Part shown: positions 9,002-17,958 of the stretch, piece by piece
Layout of the letters: each line of letters starts with the position of its first letter
How positions within the stretch are numbered: position 1 is the stretch's first letter
Assembly (NCBI GenBank): GCA_030833725.1
Contig: JAURGP010000002.1
Span: 6,773-70,772 of the forward strand
Origin: Candidatus Kapaibacterium sp.
Lineage (GTDB): Bacteria > Bacteroidota > Ignavibacteria > Kapaibacteriales > Kapaibacteriaceae
Length of the DNA stretch: 64,000 nt
Direction of reading: 5' to 3'
Notes under the pieces: model-generated
The model's input: only the letters and a program-made list of their open reading frames with translations
Told to the model about the DNA's origin: nothing
Databases searched by the model: none
Translations under genes and position numbers: made by a program

Positions 9002-10831
9002 ATGGGGCTGGTGGTTTGGCTCCTGCTCTTGTGTGCAATGCAGTCCTATGCTCAGACTGTTCCGCGCATTGATCCGCCACACTGGTTTGTCAACTGGAGT
9101 CAGGGCGAACATCCTTTCCACAGCGTTGAGCTTCTAATCGACAGTGACTCCATCGTTTCCGTATCTGGACAGAGCTTGTATTCGCGAGTCGTAACCCATG
9201 AGTCGACTTCAAGTGGGCACTACCATCTTGCTACCGTCGAGCAGGATGTTGATGCTCCACCGCATCTCCTTGATCTTGTACTGACGTATGTCGGAGGATC
9301 AACGGACACCGTCGCTTTTGCGTTCAAGGCCGGACAACCGGGCGGAAATGGCTTACGAACACACGACGTCCTGTACCTGATTACCCCTGATCGCTTTGCC
9401 AATGGAGATCCAGCCAATGATGTGATCCCGTCGATGCGTGAGCATACCATCGACCGTCGAAACCCTTCTGGGCGTCATGGTGGCGACATAGCAGGACTGC
9501 ACAAGTTTCACGACCACCTGACTTCTTTGGGGATCAGTGCTGTGTGGTTGAATCCTGTTCTTGAGAATGATCAGAGCCAAGCGAGCTACCACGGATATGC
9601 GGTAACCGATCACTACCGCGTAGATCCTCGATTTGGAACCAACGACGATTATGCGGAGTGGGTGGATCGCTTACATCGAGATTCGATGCGGGTCGTTATG
9701 GATGTTGTGCTAAATCATGTTGGCGACCAGCATCGACTGTTTCGAAGTCCACCGGATTCATCGTGGTTTCACTGGTGGCCGTCGTATACCAACACCAATT
9801 TTGACGTGATGTCAGTCTTCGACTCGAACACTTCTTGCACGGCACGAGACACGATGTTGCAGGGTTGGTTTGATCGCATGATGCCCGACATTGATCAACG
9901 TTGCGTTCATGCAGCGAGGTACCTGCTGCAGAACACTGTGTGGTGGATTCGCGAGGCCGGTGTTGATGCTCTGCGCATTGATACGTATCCGTATTCATAT
10001 CCAGAATTTATGCGTTGGTTTAATCGCACACTCCATGAAGCATTTCCGAATCTCACAGTGTTTGGGGAGATCTGGGTGCAGTCGGCTCTCGATCAGCACA
10101 AGTTCCTTGGAGCTCAGCATAGCGATCTCCACCACTGCACCGACTTTGCCTTGTATTACGGGTTGAATCGCCTCCTATCACCAGAGGTTTCAACACGAAT
10201 CGGTGCATGTTCTACTATCCAGGCAGCGTTACGTGTGAACAAACTCGGCAACCCAGATACGGAAGAATGGTTCGGCTCTCGCAAAAGCGTTGCTTTCTTG
10301 GACAACCACGATGTGGGCCGAATCTATGGTTGTGCGAATCGTGACCTGCGTCGTTGGTCGATGGTGATGACGGTGCTGTTTACCCTTCCACGGATACCAT
10401 GTTTGTTATATGGTACAGAGTTTCTGTTCGCCGCTACAGAGAACCATGGTTTGATTAGGGAAGATGTATCGGGTGGCTGGGCGGAAGATCGTGTGTCATT
10501 CTTTCGTCGCGATCATCTCTCAGGCGATCAGCAGATAGCTCAAAAGCTGATCCAGGATCTTGTTCACTTTCGTCGAACAAGTGTGCTGTTGCAACATGCT
10601 GACTTCAAGTGGATGTCGTTCAGTCAAGGGTGCATGGTGTACACCTATACAAGTATGGAAGGCACGTTAGTTGTGGTTTCCAACCTAGGCGAAGAAACTG
10701 TGGAGTTCGACCTTAGCCCCTTCACAAAAGATCGAATAGGTGGAGTCGATGTACTCATGAAGCAGAATTTTGGCAACGTTGATCGCGTGACAGTGGAGCC
10801 ATCAACTACCCGGATTCTGGAGTTCCGGTAG
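9002..10831 (+). CDS. GH13 alpha-amylase family (cyclomaltodextrinase/neopullulanase, SusA-like)
   Basis: YLITPDRFANGD, YHGY, DVVLNH; catalytic RIDT / GEIW / FLDNHD. Confidence 0.9.
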   Translation: MGLVVWLLLLCAMQSYAQTVPRIDPPHWFVNWSQGEHPFHSVELLIDSDSIVSVSGQSLYSRVVTHESTSSGHYHLATVEQDVDAPPHLLDLVLTYVGGSTDTVAFAFKAGQPGGNGLRTHDVLYLITPDRFANGDPANDVIPSMREHTIDRRNPSGRHGGDIAGLHKFHDHLTSLGISAVWLNPVLENDQSQASYHGYAVTDHYRVDPRFGTNDDYAEWVDRLHRDSMRVVMDVVLNHVGDQHRLFRSPPDSSWFHWWPSYTNTNFDVMSVFDSNTSCTARDTMLQGWFDRMMPDIDQRCVHAARYLLQNTVWWIREAGVDALRIDTYPYSYPEFMRWFNRTLHEAFPNLTVFGEIWVQSALDQHKFLGAQHSDLHHCTDFALYYGLNRLLSPEVSTRIGACSTIQAALRVNKLGNPDTEEWFGSRKSVAFLDNHDVGRIYGCANRDLRRWSMVMTVLFTLPRIPCLLYGTEFLFAATENHGLIREDVSGGWAEDRVSFFRRDHLSGDQQIAQKLIQDLVHFRRTSVLLQHADFKWMSFSQGCMVYTYTSMEGTLVVVSNLGEETVEFDLSPFTKDRIGGVDVLMKQNFGNVDRVTVEPSTTRILEFR

Positions 10832-10843
10832 GTTCCAACTGTC

Positions 10844-11443
10844 CTACCGAGTCCGTCTTCTCTTGCCCTCCAGGATTGCATCAAGAGACTTCTCGATGCG
10901 AGCTCGGCGGGTGGCACTCTTTTTCGCCGATGAGAAGTACATCAGGTACTCCCGTCGGCACCCAGGCGGTAGAGATTCGAAGGCGTGACGCACATCGTTC
11001 CACTTGTCCAGGATCTCTTGGAACTCCTCAGGCACGGGATAGTCCTGAATCGACATGCGTTCAACGGTCCGGCCTGATCGTTCAATCTCAAGTCCCTGCT
11101 GGATAAAGGCCCGGAGCTCTTTCTCCATCTTCTTGACCTCTTTGACAGAGGTAAAGTGCAAGCGCCTCGCTGCCTGGGTGTTAGGACCTGGCTTCTGGAG
11201 ATAACCATGTGGGTCGTCCATCAGAGCCCCCTTGAAGAAACCGATCACACAAGAGTCCTTCATCGATCCGATGATGAGTACGTTAGCATCGTTGAGGGTG
11301 TACACAGGTTGCTTCCACTTGAAGTCCTCGTAGAGGTCATCACTCACTGCCCTCACGATTGCTCGAAGTGCTTTAAGCTCGTTGGTCCAGGCCTGGATGG
11401 CATTGACGTAACGCTCAACGGCGGGGTTATCGTTGATGGCCAT
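10844..11443 (-). CDS. YdeI/OmpD-associated family protein (DUF1801)
   Basis: FKWKQPVYT, FFKGALM, AFESLPPG.RREY...SAKKSATR. Confidence 0.88.
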   Translation of the reverse strand: MAINDNPAVERYVNAIQAWTNELKALRAIVRAVSDDLYEDFKWKQPVYTLNDANVLIIGSMKDSCVIGFFKGALMDDPHGYLQKPGPNTQAARRLHFTSVKEVKKMEKELRAFIQQGLEIERSGRTVERMSIQDYPVPEEFQEILDKWNDVRHAFESLPPGCRREYLMYFSSAKKSATRRARIEKSLDAILEGKRRRTR

Positions 11444-11452
11444 ACGGTTCCG

Positions 11453-13507
11453 TTATTTTATTGGACTTAGCACCACCACGCCGGGAAAAGGTTTTCCCGG
11501 CGTGGTCGGCGTCGTCTGAACCACAAAGTACACACTCCGACCACTCACCAACACCTCCTCGCAGTGCTCCGAGCCTGTCACGACCCAACGCTTCACGAGG
11601 GTTCCATCATAGGCAAAGAGGGCAATCGTCTCTCCAGGCCACACACCGCGAACGCACACTCGGTTACCCTGCCACGATGCCGTGAACGACGGTGCTACAC
11701 GCTCTTCCACGTCCGTTGGAGCGAACTGAAAGGGTTCGCTCTCCGACGCACAGTTGCCGAATTGCCTGCTGCGCGTCACTACGCGGTAGGCCGCTGCTTT
11801 TGTTGGCACGTACCACGGCCGGTTCCAGCCTGTTATGGGCACATTACCAACAAACCACTGATAGCTGTCTGCCAGCGGCGATGCCCATAGTGTGTCGGCG
11901 CGCAGCGATAGTGAGGTGGTAGGGGGCTCGTAGTTACGCAGGGTGAAGCGCACTGGTCCAACTGTGAGTACGCAACCATTCTCGGCGTCAGGCAAAATCT
12001 CTGCAGTGATAGAGTATGTGCCGGGTTGTGCAATGGCAATCACCTCGTTGGTATCACCCGTACTCCACGCAACAGTGTTGTAGCCAGGCCCATCCACCTG
12101 AACGGACAACCGCAAGCCCCCTTCCCCATTACACAGAACGGTGTCTCCTGCTACGTTTACCCGCGCTGAAGGCACCGGAACTTGCGTCACCACAATCGAG
12201 TCTACCACCTCTCCACATCCTTTTGTGCTCCGGGCAATGGCACGGTACACTCCAGGAGTACTCACCGTAATCTCTGCAGTAGTTGCACCAGTCGACCACT
12301 CGACAGTGGCATCTGCACTGGCAGCTGCACGGAGTGTTACCGTATCACCTGGACATATCGCAGACGGTCCAATCATTTGCAATTCCGGGGGGCGTGCCCA
12401 CGCTATGATGGTGTCCACCACATCACCGTCAAAGCATGTTGTGTTCACCAAGGCGATCACATTTTCACGCTCCTTGATGACGTATCGATACGTCGTGCCA
12501 CGCACACTGTCGGGCAACCACATCACCGATGCTACCGGCCCGTTGTACGTCAGAACAATCGTGTCGCCTACGCATCCAACTGTGGTACTCATGCGGATGT
12601 CGCTACTGGCGAGTATCCGCATGGTTGTCTGCATCTGCGTCGTGCCTATGGCAGACATCGCACGATTGTCTCGGTTGAGGATGTGATTCACATAGGCAAA
12701 CGTGGTGGCAAACTGCTGAGCACGATCAATCGTACCGGGACACGTGAACTCACCGATGGAGCAGAGTGTATTCTGGTCTGCAAACTGACAGTGACTGCCG
12801 CCGGGAATCACGCCCAGTGCCTTGCACGTTGCCGCTACGGCGTTGTACATCGGTTGAATGGTTGTAAGGGGCGTCACGCAGTCCTCGCTTCCGGCAAGGA
12901 TCAACGTGGGGCAGGTTACCGAAGCCGCAGCAGCTGTTGCACTGGGATTTGTTTCGGCTGGTGCCAAGGCGATCACGCTGGCGAGATTCCAATCCGTGTT
13001 GTCAAGGATGGTTTTGGCTGCAAGAAACGAGGAGCCCCCTCCCATCGAGTGACCGATCAGGACGTAGTCATCACGAATCGCACCCTGCCAGCGTGAGCCT
13101 GCACGCGTGTTCTCTTGCCTGATCCATGCAAGACAGGCAACGATGTCATCGGCATACTCTGCATGATCTGGAAACAATCCGGAACCCGTTTCAGGAAGGA
13201 TGGCAATAAAGCCAGCGGAATTCTTGCAGACCTCCGTTGCCAATGAAGTGTAGGCCCCTACCGGTAGTTGGTATCCATGAGCGATGACTGCAACACCAAA
13301 GTTTTCAGTGGAGCCTGTCGTGGATCCCTGCAATGGCGCATCGGTGCCACCAGGTGCCTCGGCAGGATAGATGATGGTGACGGCGATGGATGCACCGCGA
13401 GCTGCATCCTGAAAGGTAAGGCGTGTACGACCCTCGTAGTAGGCTGCAGAAACAGTCTGGGCAACGGTGCATAGAATACCCACACACAACAGAAGAGTTA
13501 GCTTCAT
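11453..13507 (-). CDS. Secreted alpha/beta hydrolase (chlorophyllase/cutinase-like) with Ig-like repeats and T9SS-like CTD
   Basis: Signal peptide MKLTLLL; HGY oxyanion region, GHSMGGG nucleophile elbow, GSEDCV (Asp), GGSHCQF (His); WSTG repeats. Confidence 0.8.
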   Translation of the reverse strand: MKLTLLLCVGILCTVAQTVSAAYYEGRTRLTFQDAARGASIAVTIIYPAEAPGGTDAPLQGSTTGSTENFGVAVIAHGYQLPVGAYTSLATEVCKNSAGFIAILPETGSGLFPDHAEYADDIVACLAWIRQENTRAGSRWQGAIRDDYVLIGHSMGGGSSFLAAKTILDNTDWNLASVIALAPAETNPSATAAAASVTCPTLILAGSEDCVTPLTTIQPMYNAVAATCKALGVIPGGSHCQFADQNTLCSIGEFTCPGTIDRAQQFATTFAYVNHILNRDNRAMSAIGTTQMQTTMRILASSDIRMSTTVGCVGDTIVLTYNGPVASVMWLPDSVRGTTYRYVIKERENVIALVNTTCFDGDVVDTIIAWARPPELQMIGPSAICPGDTVTLRAAASADATVEWSTGATTAEITVSTPGVYRAIARSTKGCGEVVDSIVVTQVPVPSARVNVAGDTVLCNGEGGLRLSVQVDGPGYNTVAWSTGDTNEVIAIAQPGTYSITAEILPDAENGCVLTVGPVRFTLRNYEPPTTSLSLRADTLWASPLADSYQWFVGNVPITGWNRPWYVPTKAAAYRVVTRSRQFGNCASESEPFQFAPTDVEERVAPSFTASWQGNRVCVRGVWPGETIALFAYDGTLVKRWVVTGSEHCEEVLVSGRSVYFVVQTTPTTPGKPFPGVVVLSPIK
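11475..11506. repeat. Palindromic repeat copy 1 (in frame inside CDS 3' end)
   Basis: ACCACGCCGGGAAAA-GG-TTTTCCCGGCGTGGT, perfect 15-bp arms; encodes TTPGKPFPGVV. Confidence 0.95.
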
Positions 13508-13561
13508 CGCACTACCTTTGTTTCTGCGATACATCGTCCACGATACATGGTAGTGAAAATA

Positions 13562-14188
13562 ATGCACGCATTGGTCATTGGCGGTACTGGTCTTGTTGGC
13601 GTGGAACTGCTTCGACTTCTGGCGAGCGATACAGAGTTTTCACGTATTGACTCCGTGGGCCGCAGTATCGTACCCGACCTCCAGGATCGTGTTCATCAGG
13701 TAGTGATGGATCTCCTGGAGGAATCACTTCCAGCAAATGTCACGCCCGACGTTGTGTTCTGCTGCTTGGGCACAACGATTCGCACGGCTGGATCGCAAGA
13801 GGCCTTTCGCCGCGTAGACTATGAGATGCCGATGAGGATTGCCAAAGCTGCACGTACGCGTGGGGCGCAGCACTTCATTCTGGTGAGCTCGCTTGGAGCA
13901 AACCCCGCATCCCGAACGTTTTACTCCCGCATTAAGGGAGAACTGGAACGCGACCTCCAGAAGCTGGGGTATCCGTCACTGACGTTTGTCCGGCCGTCCT
14001 TGCTGTTGGGTGATCGCACTGAGCCACGGTTTGGTGAACAAGTAGCTACGCTTGTGATGCTCACGTTCCGGTTACTCATCCCACGCTCGTTGCGTGCCAT
14101 TTCAGCAACGCGCGTAGCAGCCGCAATGGTAGCCGCCGCGAAGCGGCGGCGGGTGGGGGTGGAGGTGATCGAGAATCGGGTGTTGTGA
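13562..14188 (+). CDS. NAD(P)-binding epimerase-like protein (YraR/TIP30-like)
   Basis: IGGTGLVG, CCLGTT, FRRVDY, YSRIKGELE, RPSLLLG. Confidence 0.88.
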   Translation: MHALVIGGTGLVGVELLRLLASDTEFSRIDSVGRSIVPDLQDRVHQVVMDLLEESLPANVTPDVVFCCLGTTIRTAGSQEAFRRVDYEMPMRIAKAARTRGAQHFILVSSLGANPASRTFYSRIKGELERDLQKLGYPSLTFVRPSLLLGDRTEPRFGEQVATLVMLTFRLLIPRSLRAISATRVAAAMVAAAKRRRVGVEVIENRVL

Positions 14189-14191
14189 CAG

Positions 14192-14217
14192 ACGCCGGGA
14201 AAAGGTTTTCCCGGCGT
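14192..14217. repeat. Palindromic repeat copy 2
   Basis: ACGCCGGGAAAAGGTTTTCCCGGCGT between convergent genes. Confidence 0.95.
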
Positions 14218-14231
14218 TGTCGATATGTCCG

Positions 14232-15359
14232 CTACGGCAACTCGTCGTACTGATACCCCAACACGGATTCATCCATGACAGCAGCTGGAGTATTGAGTCC
14301 GTCCATCCGGAAGTCCCAGGGCATGAGCACCTCATTCAACCCAGACATCATCTCGCCACCGGAGGCGTAGTTTTTTCCGTGCCGCTTCATCCAGCCTGAC
14401 CAGATCCGATCGATATTGGCGTGATGAATCCAGAAGACTGGATCGTTGGGCGACGTGGCTTGGCACATACTTCCTGCATAGATATTTCCGTCAGGTGCTC
14501 TCCAGATACCACCTACGTATACGTGAACGATGTTGTGTTGCGTGCTTCCACGCTCACCAGGAATACTAATTACATCCATAACTCCATTGGGATCGCATTC
14601 ATTACCTGCCGTTCCACGCCAACCCTCCAGAGAATTGCGGAAGCTGATCGTTGTATCAACAGAGCTATCCCATGGAGCACTGTCGTACGTGGGGATGCTA
14701 AGCGACCCCAATATTTCTGCACTGGTAGGTAGCAGTGCGTCGGCGTTGAGGTTCTTGCCGATTCGACGCGTCAGATATGGAACAACATTGGGACTTGTGT
14801 TGTGATCAAAGAACACCGAGTCAATATCCACTTCATCTGAAACGGTAATGATCCATGCATCCTTCTGGAAGGGGCCGGAGGTAACGGCATAGCCCTGTGA
14901 CGGATCACCATCGCCCCCTACCAATTCGTCCGAGAACAGAACCTGCTGAGCCGAGGGATCGGTCCAGTCCCAATATGGAATCGTGACATCCTTTCCACTG
15001 ACGTCGCGCAAAGCACGCTCGAACAGGTCAAGATACACGCGGTGCCATGGGAGGAAGCCGGGATTCATGTGGGCGGGAAACATGCCATCACCACCAACCG
15101 TACCTGCATCGCAGAAGAATGCGAGGTAGTGCCACTTCACGAACTGATCGTAATAATTCAGCGTGGGGTCGTATGGCGAGGGCACGGTCTTCAGCGCCTT
15201 CACTGCGGAGACGAAATCGGCTTTTTCCTCGGTTGTCATCCGGGTTACGCTCTTGCGCACACGCAGATTTGAGGGGTTCGATGGATTGGTTGACGTGCAT
15301 GCAGCGCTGAACAGAGCAACGATAGCCAGGCTGATGGCGATGTATGGTAGTGTTTTCAT
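14232..15359 (-). CDS. Tyrosinase (type-3 copper) lipoprotein
   Basis: Lipobox SAAC; CuA H...AH...FLPWHR; CuB HNIVH...SPNDPVFWIHHANID. Confidence 0.92.
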   Translation of the reverse strand: MKTLPYIAISLAIVALFSAACTSTNPSNPSNLRVRKSVTRMTTEEKADFVSAVKALKTVPSPYDPTLNYYDQFVKWHYLAFFCDAGTVGGDGMFPAHMNPGFLPWHRVYLDLFERALRDVSGKDVTIPYWDWTDPSAQQVLFSDELVGGDGDPSQGYAVTSGPFQKDAWIITVSDEVDIDSVFFDHNTSPNVVPYLTRRIGKNLNADALLPTSAEILGSLSIPTYDSAPWDSSVDTTISFRNSLEGWRGTAGNECDPNGVMDVISIPGERGSTQHNIVHVYVGGIWRAPDGNIYAGSMCQATSPNDPVFWIHHANIDRIWSGWMKRHGKNYASGGEMMSGLNEVLMPWDFRMDGLNTPAAVMDESVLGYQYDELP

Positions 15360-15382
15360 AGGTGCGATGATACGACAATGTA

Positions 15383-15441
15383 ACGACGCCGGGAAAACCT
15401 TTTCCCGGCGTGGTGCCGGGAAAAGGTTTTCCCGGCGTCGT
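15383..15441. repeat. Palindromic repeat copy 3 (inverted doublet)
   Basis: A CC-loop unit followed by a GG-loop unit; together a perfect 27-bp inverted repeat around GTGGT; between divergent genes. Confidence 0.95.
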
Positions 15442-15504
15442 CAACTTCCCGATGTTTGCCACAGCAAAACGTTCACCCCTTCACCCCCAACCACCTATAA
15501 CACC

Positions 15505-17331
15505 ATGCAGCAGTACCGCTACGTCATCAGTGCGTTTGTGTGCCTCTTCGTATGCCTCACGCTCACCGTACTTCCTAGTCTGGCACAGCAACAGGAGATT
15601 CCCCAGCCTCCATCTGTTCGTGCACGCGATGGAGTGCTGACCGACACACTGAACCTCGTGCTGGCCACAATCGCTGTAGGTGAACGCCAAGTATTGGCAC
15701 GCACCTACAACGGTACAGCTCCGGGGTCCATCTGGCGTGTTCACCCAGGTGAAACCATGCGGATTCACCTGAACAACCAGCTTCCTCCAAATCCGGATGC
15801 TGATCTGCCAGATCAAGGCAACTACCCGCAGCGTGCAAACACAACAAACCTGCACGTCCATGGTTTGAATGTGTCGCCAAAGGATAATGGCGACAACGTT
15901 CTGTTGAGCATTGAGCCACAATCGTCGTTCGACTTCGAGTTCGAGTTGCCCGCCGACCACGCAGCCGGCACATACTGGTATCACCCGCATCACCACACAT
16001 CCACGTGGTCGCAGGTGGTCAACGGTCTTGCTGGTGCCATCGTGATCGAGGATCCTACAGATCCATCAGTCACGGATCCTGCGCTCCTCGCCATGAGCGA
16101 TCGCGTGTTTCTCTTCTCGTCATACATGATCGATACGGCTACGAATACCATTGGCTATCCTCGCCGCTTAGCGTCTGCAACGGCAACGACCCCAATACCA
16201 GGTAGTGATTCACCCGTGTTCGTCAATGGTGTACTGTCAGGGACGGTTACCATGCGCCCTGGTGAGATTCAGCGCTGGCGCTTCATCGATGCCACGTATG
16301 AGTTTTCCATGCGCCTTACGTGGTTGCACATCAGCAATGGCGATACCACGCGTGTTGAGCAGTGGGAGATCGCTAACGATGGCTTGTACTTTCCTGCTCC
16401 GAAGCCAACCTCCCAGGTGACGTTTACTGCCGGTGCGCGGAGCGATGTTCTTGTGCAGGCGCCGGCCGCCGAAGGGCGCTATATAGTCCAGCTCGAGGCG
16501 TTGGATCGTGGGATGAGGGTGATGGAAACGCGAGAACTCATCGACATTATTGTAGGGGGCGACCCAGTGCTTCCAGCAATGACCATGCCGGCAGTTCTGC
16601 CGAAGGCCATGGCAGCGGGTACCATTCGCGACGAGGAGATTACTGGTACACGCCAGATCACGTTCCGCATCGGCGATTTTGGTGAGGTTGCGAAGGACTC
16701 TTCGGCTATCACCCGCACCTTTACGATCGACAACTCCCCGTTCAGCCATGATGTGGTGAACATGACAGTGAAAGCTGGCGATGTGGAGGAGTGGACGATT
16801 GTGAACGAGAGTGGCGGCTATCACCCATTTCACATCCACGTAAATGAGTTTGAAGTGGTTGAGGTGAATGGCGTACGTCAAGATCCGGTGATCTGGCGCG
16901 ACGTACTTCTGCTTGCACCCAATAGCACCTATAAGATTCGTCAGCGCTATACCGACTACGATGGCAAGACCGTCTTGCACTGCCACTTCCTTCCTCATGA
17001 AGACTGGGGCATGATGAACATCATCGATATTCTGCCTCGCACATCGAATGTGAAAGAGACACCGTGGACCGAGCCCCTTGCCTTCCCGAACCCTGTTACG
17101 GGCAGGATGTCCACACTGAATGTGCAACTGCCCGAATTCCTGGGAGACCGACGAGTGGACATCACGTTGCACGACATTACCGGCTCGGTGGTGAGAACAC
17201 TGCAGACGTCGGCGGCCGAAAGCCCAGTTGTAGAGATCGATGTACAGGATATGCCGGCAGGATCGTACTACGTGCGCGTATCGGACGGTGAGGCGTACCG
17301 TACATCGGATATGGTGATTATCGTTAGATGA
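15505..17331 (+). CDS. Multicopper oxidase with T9SS C-terminal domain
   Basis: HVHG, YWYHPH, HPFHIH and HCHFLPHEDWGMM copper motifs; signal peptide from MQQYRY; CTD FPNP...GSYYVRV. Confidence 0.93.
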   Translation: MQQYRYVISAFVCLFVCLTLTVLPSLAQQQEIPQPPSVRARDGVLTDTLNLVLATIAVGERQVLARTYNGTAPGSIWRVHPGETMRIHLNNQLPPNPDADLPDQGNYPQRANTTNLHVHGLNVSPKDNGDNVLLSIEPQSSFDFEFELPADHAAGTYWYHPHHHTSTWSQVVNGLAGAIVIEDPTDPSVTDPALLAMSDRVFLFSSYMIDTATNTIGYPRRLASATATTPIPGSDSPVFVNGVLSGTVTMRPGEIQRWRFIDATYEFSMRLTWLHISNGDTTRVEQWEIANDGLYFPAPKPTSQVTFTAGARSDVLVQAPAAEGRYIVQLEALDRGMRVMETRELIDIIVGGDPVLPAMTMPAVLPKAMAAGTIRDEEITGTRQITFRIGDFGEVAKDSSAITRTFTIDNSPFSHDVVNMTVKAGDVEEWTIVNESGGYHPFHIHVNEFEVVEVNGVRQDPVIWRDVLLLAPNSTYKIRQRYTDYDGKTVLHCHFLPHEDWGMMNIIDILPRTSNVKETPWTEPLAFPNPVTGRMSTLNVQLPEFLGDRRVDITLHDITGSVVRTLQTSAAESPVVEIDVQDMPAGSYYVRVSDGEAYRTSDMVIIVR

Positions 17332-17852
17332 TCAGACTTTTCTGGACAAATGTTGCACTCCTGATAGCGCTAGCTGTTGCGGCTGGCGCTGCAGTGCATA
17401 CGCCCCGTTCCATTGACTCCCTGCCTGTCGTGTATGGTGCTGATTCTTCCGCAATCGACCTTCTGGCAGCATCGGACACAACAACCGTCGTTGCCGTCCG
17501 ACATCTTGGTGCGATCTGCTCCCACTGCGTGGAGCAGATCATCCTGCTGAACGAGTACGCCAATGAGTTTCGTCGGAGAAATGCACGTGTGATTGCCTTC
17601 TCTATGGACGACGTTGATGAGTGCCAACTGGCAGCAAAGGAGCATGCCATCGACACCGATGTTCTGCAGCTCTGCTACGATGAGCGCGATGCGTGTTCTC
17701 GTGCAGTGGGTAGCACGATCCAGGAGATTGATGGATCGTTTACCGATCTCCACGCCGTGCTCGTGATCCGAAAGCGCATCGTGGTGTTTGAGCACTACTC
17801 TACGCAGCCGTTGATGTCGCTGGGTGGTGTTTTTGAGGTGCTGGGTGAGTGA
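17328..17852 (+). CDS. Redoxin (AhpC/TSA-like, thioredoxin fold) CxxC protein
   Basis: CSHC motif, VIAFSMD; ATGA overlap with the oxidase stop. Confidence 0.72.
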   Translation: MIRLFWTNVALLIALAVAAGAAVHTPRSIDSLPVVYGADSSAIDLLAASDTTTVVAVRHLGAICSHCVEQIILLNEYANEFRRRNARVIAFSMDDVDECQLAAKEHAIDTDVLQLCYDERDACSRAVGSTIQEIDGSFTDLHAVLVIRKRIVVFEHYSTQPLMSLGGVFEVLGE

Positions 17853-17873
17853 CGCCGAGGGCGACGGAGGACC

Positions 17874-17899
17874 ACGCCGGGAAAAGGTTTTCCCGGCGT
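17874..17899. repeat. Palindromic repeat copy 4
   Basis: ACGCCGGGAAAAGGTTTTCCCGGCGT between the redoxin and YHYH genes. Confidence 0.95.
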
Positions 17900-17958
17900 C
17901 GTGTAACTAACAGTCTGTTCACATAGTCCCCGCACGAGTTATCACATAGGAGAGCCGA

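Noticed and set aside
15163-15504. N-terminal extension of the multicopper oxidase in the ORF track
   Set aside because: Overlaps the tyrosinase antisense and reads through the repeat; the signal peptide begins at ATG 15505.
16237-17172. Long antisense ORFs (also 12182..13096, 28598..29548, 30618..31661, 32887..33600, 56202..56960)
   Set aside because: Fully antisense to well-supported genes, with no recognisable motifs; expected shadow ORFs.
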